From: an uncultured Gammaproteobacteria bacterium
GTDB taxonomy: Bacteria > Cyanobacteriota > Vampirovibrionia > LMEP-6097
Reading direction: 5' to 3'
DNA: 55,695 bases
Assembly (NCBI GenBank): GCA_964551925.1
Contig: CAZKFA010000007.1
Location: 1-55,695 of the forward strand
Below, piece after piece: positions 47,781-55,695 of this stretch. How positions within the stretch are numbered: position 1 is the stretch's first letter; every line of letters begins with the position of its first letter. A program made the position numbers and the translations under genes. The notes beneath the pieces are model-generated. The model was not told the DNA's origin. It searched no databases and saw nothing but the letters and a program-made list of their open reading frames with translations.

Positions 47781-48059
47781 ATGAACTTTGGCCCAATAGA
47801 TAATTTACCTACCAATAGACTTGGAGTACAAAAGAATCTAAGTCCTTTACATGCTGCAACAGAAGCAGCTGGTACTTTTGCTGCTAAGGTAACAGGATTT
47901 TTTAGTGAACCTGTTAAGGAACAGCGCGCTAGGACTGAGATAGAAAGCTGGCATAGAAATTTAACACCTGGTGCAAGACCGGGGACTTCTGATAGTTTGG
48001 GTTTGCTTAGTGATCGTTTAAGTAGAGCCTCGCGCTCATCTTTTAATACAGCAGCTTAA
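47781..48059 (+). CDS. hypothetical 92-aa protein
   Basis: AAGGAG Shine-Dalgarno 8 nt upstream. No family recognised. Confidence 0.5.
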   Translation: MNFGPIDNLPTNRLGVQKNLSPLHAATEAAGTFAAKVTGFFSEPVKEQRARTEIESWHRNLTPGARPGTSDSLGLLSDRLSRASRSSFNTAA

Positions 48060-48113
48060 TTTTTTATTTTTGATCTATCAAAAATCCAATCAAACTCACG
48101 TTATATAACTACG

Positions 48114-48427
48114 ATGAGTATCAATTCAGTAAACAGTCTTAGTGGTAGTGATTCGGGGGGCATTGAAAAACCATCTCAAGCGCAAGCTCCAGTATCAGAG
48201 TTTAAACCAGAAGCGCAAGTGATCCCAGCGACTGATAATGGTGCTGCTGGCAGAGTTAAGGTAAGTTTACACAAACCAATGCAATCGGCTCATCCAAGTG
48301 GAATTGATAATTTACGTCAAGCTTTAACAAGATTCGCTAAAGCCGAACGAACAGCAGAAGTTATTTCTGGTGGCAATTTATTCTTGCAAGAGACTATACT
48401 TGAGACTTTACTTTACAAACAAGCTGC

Positions 48428-48431
<4 letters not shown>
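48114..48431 (+). CDS. hypothetical 105-aa protein
   Basis: TATATA lies 6 nt upstream of the ATG. Ser/Asn-rich N-terminus. No family recognised. Confidence 0.5.
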
Positions 48432-50991
<2,560 letters not shown>

Positions 50992-51035
50992 CATATTGAC
51001 GAAATTACAGCGAGTATTATATTATTAGTCTTGAC

Positions 51036-52328
51036 ATGCTAGAGAGATTAGGTTTTGATCATAAATATTATGCCCCAGCTGATGATGGTGGCCAGGGCAG
51101 CGGCGGTATACCTGTTTTATCTCATCAATTAGCGAGCTTAACTGATAGAATTGCACAACTCCCTCCAATTAGGACTCCAGGGGGGCAAACTCTTGACAAG
51201 CTTCTACTTGCTTATATCGCAGATATCAGAAATGATAAATTTGATACTAAAAACTTAACTCAACTAGAGAAGATCGCTGATTCTTTAAGCTCACCTCAAG
51301 CGGCTTTATTTGCTAGTTTGATTGGTGACGCTTTTAAGGATTGTGTCTCAGTAATTAGAGAGCTTGTTAGTATTGTAAGACAGAGGTATGGTATGCCAGA
51401 CTTTACTAAGCATTTACCAGATGAGCTTGCTAAGCTTCATGCGACTTGTGATGATCAGGTAATGCAGGGCGCTCTAAGGGAGCTTTCTAGAGTTATTGAA
51501 AGTTTTTCTAGTATTGTAATTAATCCGGATTCTCACCAAAGAATTCAAGAGAGCGATAAATTATCTGATAAAGTCCGCCTAGTGCTCGAAAGAACTTTGC
51601 CACGTTTTTCGACAGATGGACGAGCAGCAATTATTAATTTACAAGGATTGGGTACAGAGCTGATTAATTTTATAGATGCCTTTCAATCAGTGGAACAGGC
51701 TCAAGCAGTTGCTAAATATTCTTTTTTGTTACTATCAACTTTAAGGCAGATGGATTTTGTTAAGCAGGAATGGGGCTCTAGTTTACCAAGTATTTTTGAT
51801 CAATTTGATGCAGTAGCTAAGAAGGCTTTAGAGTCAGTGCCAATTAAATATAAACGATTTGATTTGAAAAAAACCGATCAAATTGAATGTGTGATTTTAA
51901 GTGCTTTTATGCAGATGACTCAACTCAAAGGAGTTAAAACTCAGCAAATAGGACCTTTGTTGATAATGCGAGCGCCTTCTAGCACTGCTGATCATTGCCC
52001 ATGGAAATCTTTTGACAGAGAAAGTCAGTTGAGATTATTGTCTGAATCAATGCAAAGCTTATCCCTGATAGCTGACCCTAATAGTAAACGACAAGAATTA
52101 ATGGGTTTGTGTAGAGGACTTGAAGATTTTTTTGCGTTGTGTTGTGAGTTTAATGAAGAGCGTCCTTTTGATCAAGGAAGACCTCAAGCTCGGATTGAGA
52201 CTATTGGGGCTTTACAAAAACAAATTTATGAATATATTGAGGATTCTGAACTTTCACCTTTCTTTAAAGCAGCTGCTAAGGCTATATTAGATGATGTTTT
52301 AGTTTTGCGCTATGCGAGCCAGTCATAA
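51036..52328 (+). CDS. hypothetical all-helical protein
   Basis: 430-aa ORF. TTGACG-N16-TATATT lies upstream. No family recognised. Confidence 0.55.
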   Translation: MLERLGFDHKYYAPADDGGQGSGGIPVLSHQLASLTDRIAQLPPIRTPGGQTLDKLLLAYIADIRNDKFDTKNLTQLEKIADSLSSPQAALFASLIGDAFKDCVSVIRELVSIVRQRYGMPDFTKHLPDELAKLHATCDDQVMQGALRELSRVIESFSSIVINPDSHQRIQESDKLSDKVRLVLERTLPRFSTDGRAAIINLQGLGTELINFIDAFQSVEQAQAVAKYSFLLLSTLRQMDFVKQEWGSSLPSIFDQFDAVAKKALESVPIKYKRFDLKKTDQIECVILSAFMQMTQLKGVKTQQIGPLLIMRAPSSTADHCPWKSFDRESQLRLLSESMQSLSLIADPNSKRQELMGLCRGLEDFFALCCEFNEERPFDQGRPQARIETIGALQKQIYEYIEDSELSPFFKAAAKAILDDVLVLRYASQS

Positions 52329-52426
52329 AAGCTCGATAACTGCGTTACGCTCATTCCTCAGAACCATCATTGACGAGTAGTCAACTCAGGTTCTTCAGAA
52401 TTCGCAAGCCTTGTTCTCGAACTTTT
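52329..52426 (+). terminator. long imperfect hairpin between convergent genes (possible terminator)
   Basis: Nested pairs AAGCTCGA/TCGAACTT, GCTCATTC/GAATTCGC, AGAACC/GGTTCT and TTGAC/GTCAA, followed by TTTT. Confidence 0.3.
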
Positions 52427-52447
52427 CTGACTGGGCTTATCTGTTTA

Positions 52448-53971
52448 TCATAAAAGCTTATTAACATATCTTTGCCACTCTTGATACTTAGCATCTAAAT
52501 TACCCTTAGGCTCAAAAACTTTTTCTACAGTCAAAGTTAGTTCAACATCACCAGTCATGCGCGCTACTCCAAGAGCTGTCATCTCGCTCTCACTATGGCG
52601 CTTGATTGCTACTTGCAGTAGATCAGCTTGAAACTGCATCAGAGTATTATTCTTGCTGGCACCGCCATCAACATTAATCATAGAGAGATTTTGATCACTT
52701 ATGGCATCTTTGACTTGATAAGCGATAGATTCAAGAGCTGCTCTTGCTATGTGTGTACTATCAGTTCCTCTTGTGATGCCGAAGATTGCCCCTTGCACGT
52801 CACCACGCCAGTAAGGTGCCCCCAGTCCAGTTAGAGCGGGTATCAAATAAACCCCAGCATTATCATTAGCCGCGAGCTTTTCTATTTCTGAACTTTGCTT
52901 GATAAGTTTTAAGCCATCACGCAGCCACTGTACTATAGCACCGCCAGTAAAGATACTCGCTTCTAGTGTGTAAGCCTTGGTTTGATTGGTTTTGAAGGCT
53001 ATGCTTTCTAATAAGCCTTGTGGAGTTGTTGGTAGGTTGATAGAAATATTTTCTCTGTCTTCGTTTTGGATTTTTTTGATGGAGCTTTGGATTTCGTTGC
53101 TTAGGGTGCCGGCTTCATTAGTTATATAGTTAATAGTTTTGTTAGGCACTAAAATAAAAGTCCCAGTACCGTAAGTAATCTTGGCTTCATTGTTGTAAGC
53201 ATAGAGCGCGGCTTGCTGGTCTCCAAGTACGGCTTTGATCGGTAGCTCTCTATCAACTAGATCTTTAAATAGAGGACTAGAACCGAAATCACCATTACTC
53301 TCAATTACTCTTGGCAAGAGGCTTGTAGGAATATCTAGTTGTTTTAAAATATTGTTATCCCATTTATCTTCGTGGATATTGTAAAGCATAGTTCTAGAGG
53401 CGTTAGTCGCGTCAGTAAGATGTTCACGTCCCAGAGTTAGATTCCAAATTAACCAAGTATCTATAGTTCCGAAGCATAATTTATCAAGTTCTAGATTTTG
53501 GGGTTTGACTATATTCTCTAGCAACCAGTGAATTTTGGTGGCAGAGAAATAAGAGTCAAGGATAAGACCAGTCTTTGCTCGTGTATAATCTTTGAAATTA
53601 ACCTTTGCTGCAATCTCGATCTTGGAGAGCTCTTTACAGTAAGTATCAGTACGTTTACACTGCCATACAATCGCGTTGTAGACTGGCTTACCTGTGCGCG
53701 GATCCCAAATGATACTAGTCTCACGTTGATTGGTAATAGCGATACCCTTAATATCAGATTTCTGTATGCTTCCCTCAGAGAGTAGTTTGTTAATTAGCTC
53801 CCTGCAGCAGCTAAGAGTTTTATTCCAGATCTCAAGAGGATCGTGTTCAACCCAGCCAACTTGTGGATAAATTTGATTGATTTCTTTTTGGACAATTGCC
53901 AGAATCTCACCAGAGCTTGATATCATCAATGCTCTAGTGCTTGTCGTACCTTCATCAATGGTTATAATCAC
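52448..53971 (-). CDS. glpK: glycerol kinase
   Basis: 507-aa ORF with IITIDEGTTSTRA, ITNQRETSIIWD and GDQQAALY motifs. Confidence 0.93.
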   Translation of the reverse strand: MIITIDEGTTSTRALMISSSGEILAIVQKEINQIYPQVGWVEHDPLEIWNKTLSCCRELINKLLSEGSIQKSDIKGIAITNQRETSIIWDPRTGKPVYNAIVWQCKRTDTYCKELSKIEIAAKVNFKDYTRAKTGLILDSYFSATKIHWLLENIVKPQNLELDKLCFGTIDTWLIWNLTLGREHLTDATNASRTMLYNIHEDKWDNNILKQLDIPTSLLPRVIESNGDFGSSPLFKDLVDRELPIKAVLGDQQAALYAYNNEAKITYGTGTFILVPNKTINYITNEAGTLSNEIQSSIKKIQNEDRENISINLPTTPQGLLESIAFKTNQTKAYTLEASIFTGGAIVQWLRDGLKLIKQSSEIEKLAANDNAGVYLIPALTGLGAPYWRGDVQGAIFGITRGTDSTHIARAALESIAYQVKDAISDQNLSMINVDGGASKNNTLMQFQADLLQVAIKRHSESEMTALGVARMTGDVELTLTVEKVFEPKGNLDAKYQEWQRYVNKLL

Positions 53972-55643
53972 TGAACAAAACCTTTTCTATAATTTTATCG
54001 CGTTCTCTTAACACTAGTTCAAATTCTTCTTGCAGATAAGATTTAATTTTGGCGACAATATGAGTGCTGATATTATCCGTACAAAGTCCAATGCTCAAGC
54101 GTCTTCTGACTATATCATCAATAGTATAAGCAGCTTCATAGCGTATAGCATAGACTATCTGAGCTTCTATATCTTCATAGCCAACTTCAACTTTGTTTTT
54201 AAGTTTGGGATTAGTCAAGCAAAGTTCAAGAACTTTTTCTGCCTGAGTTCCATATATCATAATGAGATGTAATATTGTTTCTACATTGACGTCATACTTA
54301 TGACTATATTCTTTGACTACTTGTTTTAAGTATGAATAGAAATCTAAATTGCTAGGATACTGACAACCAATGGTTTTGGTGACTTCAGTTGAACATGATA
54401 CGGTGGTGAATAGATCGACTAATTCTTTAGAGAGATTGCGAAAAGTCGTTATTTTACCACCGACTATAGAATAATAATTTTTTATATATTCTTTACTATG
54501 GTTAACCACAAAGTGCCTACGCGTGATCTTGCCCTCGTTGCTTTTTTTGTTAGCTGATGGCAGAGGCCTCAATCCAGCAAAGGTTTTGACTATATGACTG
54601 CGATCTAACTGAGCTTGTGGAAATAATAAATTTACTTCATTGATTAAATAAGATATTTCTTTATCACTAATGGTTAATTTATCTATGTCACTATCTTTAT
54701 CAATAAAAATGTCAGTGGTTCCTATTAAATATAAATCTTCATTCATGCCAACTTTGTAGGGCAGGATAAAAAATGGCCTACCATCTGATTGCGCTTCATT
54801 ATAGATTCCAAATTGACTTGGTGCTCCACGAAACTTACGAACAACGATGTGACTACCTTTAGTGCCGCCGATTCTTTGTTTAAGTTTAACTTCTACGGGG
54901 AAATTGTCATTTTTTTTGATTCTCGTATTAAGCTGGTCAACCCAAGGCCCTGAGAGGTTTATAACATTATGAGCTTTAACTGTGTAAGGTAATTTACCAT
55001 TGAGTGAATCTTTAAATCGAACTTGTTTGACTTGATATTTATCACCAACTAGATCGCAAATAATATCGCTAACCTCGCAATGATTTAAGCAGATCGCACC
55101 GTGTTTCTGGGCGGTGAAAATATTTTCTAAGACCAATCTTTCGACCAGCGGCACTTGAGCATCAAAATAGTAAACGGCACCTTTAAGTTTATCTTTGCTT
55201 ATCCCAACATTAAGACCTTCTAGTTTATGCTTAGAGAAAGATTTATAATTCTCTAAACTTTTGCCTCGTGAAAGCCAATCATAGAGCCACATTCCGAGGT
55301 TCAATTGCATTAGTCCTCTTTTGCTTCTTTGATAAGCTGGGATCATTAGGCCAATTGGATTAACCAGATGAGGATATTGTTTGAGTAAAATTTCTCTTTC
55401 AGTTAAGCTTTCTTTAACTAAGCCAAATTCAAAAAACTCCAAATAGCGTAAACCGCCATGGATAAGCCTTGTTGAGTGGGCGGAACAGCCTGAGCCAAAA
55501 TCATTTTTTTCTAATAAAAGAACTTTTAGACCGCGCTCGGCAGCATCACGAGCGACGCCAGCACCATTGATACCAGCACCAATAATCACCAAATCAAAAA
55601 CTTGATCTAGTTTGAGGTCTTTGAGTCTATATTCAATACGCAT
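53955..55643 (-). CDS. glpD: FAD-dependent glycerol-3-phosphate dehydrogenase
   Basis: 562-aa ORF. DLVIIGAGINGAGVARDAAERGLKVLLLEKNDFGSGCSAHSTRLIHGGLRYLE is diagnostic of GlpD. Overlaps the glpK start. Confidence 0.9.
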   Translation of the reverse strand: MRIEYRLKDLKLDQVFDLVIIGAGINGAGVARDAAERGLKVLLLEKNDFGSGCSAHSTRLIHGGLRYLEFFEFGLVKESLTEREILLKQYPHLVNPIGLMIPAYQRSKRGLMQLNLGMWLYDWLSRGKSLENYKSFSKHKLEGLNVGISKDKLKGAVYYFDAQVPLVERLVLENIFTAQKHGAICLNHCEVSDIICDLVGDKYQVKQVRFKDSLNGKLPYTVKAHNVINLSGPWVDQLNTRIKKNDNFPVEVKLKQRIGGTKGSHIVVRKFRGAPSQFGIYNEAQSDGRPFFILPYKVGMNEDLYLIGTTDIFIDKDSDIDKLTISDKEISYLINEVNLLFPQAQLDRSHIVKTFAGLRPLPSANKKSNEGKITRRHFVVNHSKEYIKNYYSIVGGKITTFRNLSKELVDLFTTVSCSTEVTKTIGCQYPSNLDFYSYLKQVVKEYSHKYDVNVETILHLIMIYGTQAEKVLELCLTNPKLKNKVEVGYEDIEAQIVYAIRYEAAYTIDDIVRRRLSIGLCTDNISTHIVAKIKSYLQEEFELVLRERDKIIEKVLFSDYNH

Positions 55644-55695
55644 CCTAGTGGATAGCCCCTAAGAACATTATTCCCATAAATTTCTTTTTATCTCA

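Noticed and set aside
52329-52447. Possible tRNA or other RNA gene in the structured spacer
   Set aside because: There is no 7-bp acceptor stem, no GTTCRANYC T-loop and no anticodon arm geometry on either strand.
52448-53971. Apparent insertion of about 35 aa in glycerol kinase (NEAGTLSNEIQSSIKKIQNEDRENISINLPTTPQG)
   Set aside because: It cannot be verified without an alignment. Total length is normal for GlpK, so it may just be a divergent loop.

Overview
Visibly AT-rich, densely packed bacterial chromosomal segment of about 60 genes, almost all core housekeeping. It contains aminoacyl-tRNA ligases (glyQ, hisS), nucleotide and cofactor genes (prs, nadK, nadD, gmk, queG, folB-pabB-pabC) and glycolysis/glycerol genes (one PPi-type and one ATP-type phosphofructokinase, gpsA, glpK, glpD). 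It also holds amino-acid biosynthesis genes (proA, ilvC, argG, cysE, aroQ), replication/nucleoid genes (dnaN, rarA, HU) and scattered flagellar genes (flgB, flgC, fliL, fliM). I recognised no rRNA, tRNA, CRISPR array, transposase, integrase or classical defence island. The most interesting signals are non-coding or below the ORF-track threshold. (1) Eight DnaA-box-like TTTTCTACA elements lie upstream of dnaN (candidate oriC). (2) An identical 33-nt promoter architecture, TTAA-N7-TTAAC-N10-(-10), occurs four times: before flgB, an M23 peptidase with a FlgJ-like N-terminus, an orphan short transcript and a 92-aa orphan gene. (3) The orphan unit is about 105 nt, with that promoter and a strong intrinsic terminator. 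(4) About 20 genes have a near-consensus -10 box only 6-9 nt from the start codon and no Shine-Dalgarno, suggesting leaderless mRNAs. (5) An unlisted 52-aa Lys/Ala-rich histone-H1-like gene is present. (6) Three 19-nt direct repeats and a methyltransferase gene remnant sit in the largest non-coding gap. A flagellated, cyanobacteria-related non-photosynthetic lineage is only a weak guess, based on dnaN-linked boxes, a Tic20-like protein and the TTAA-type boxes.
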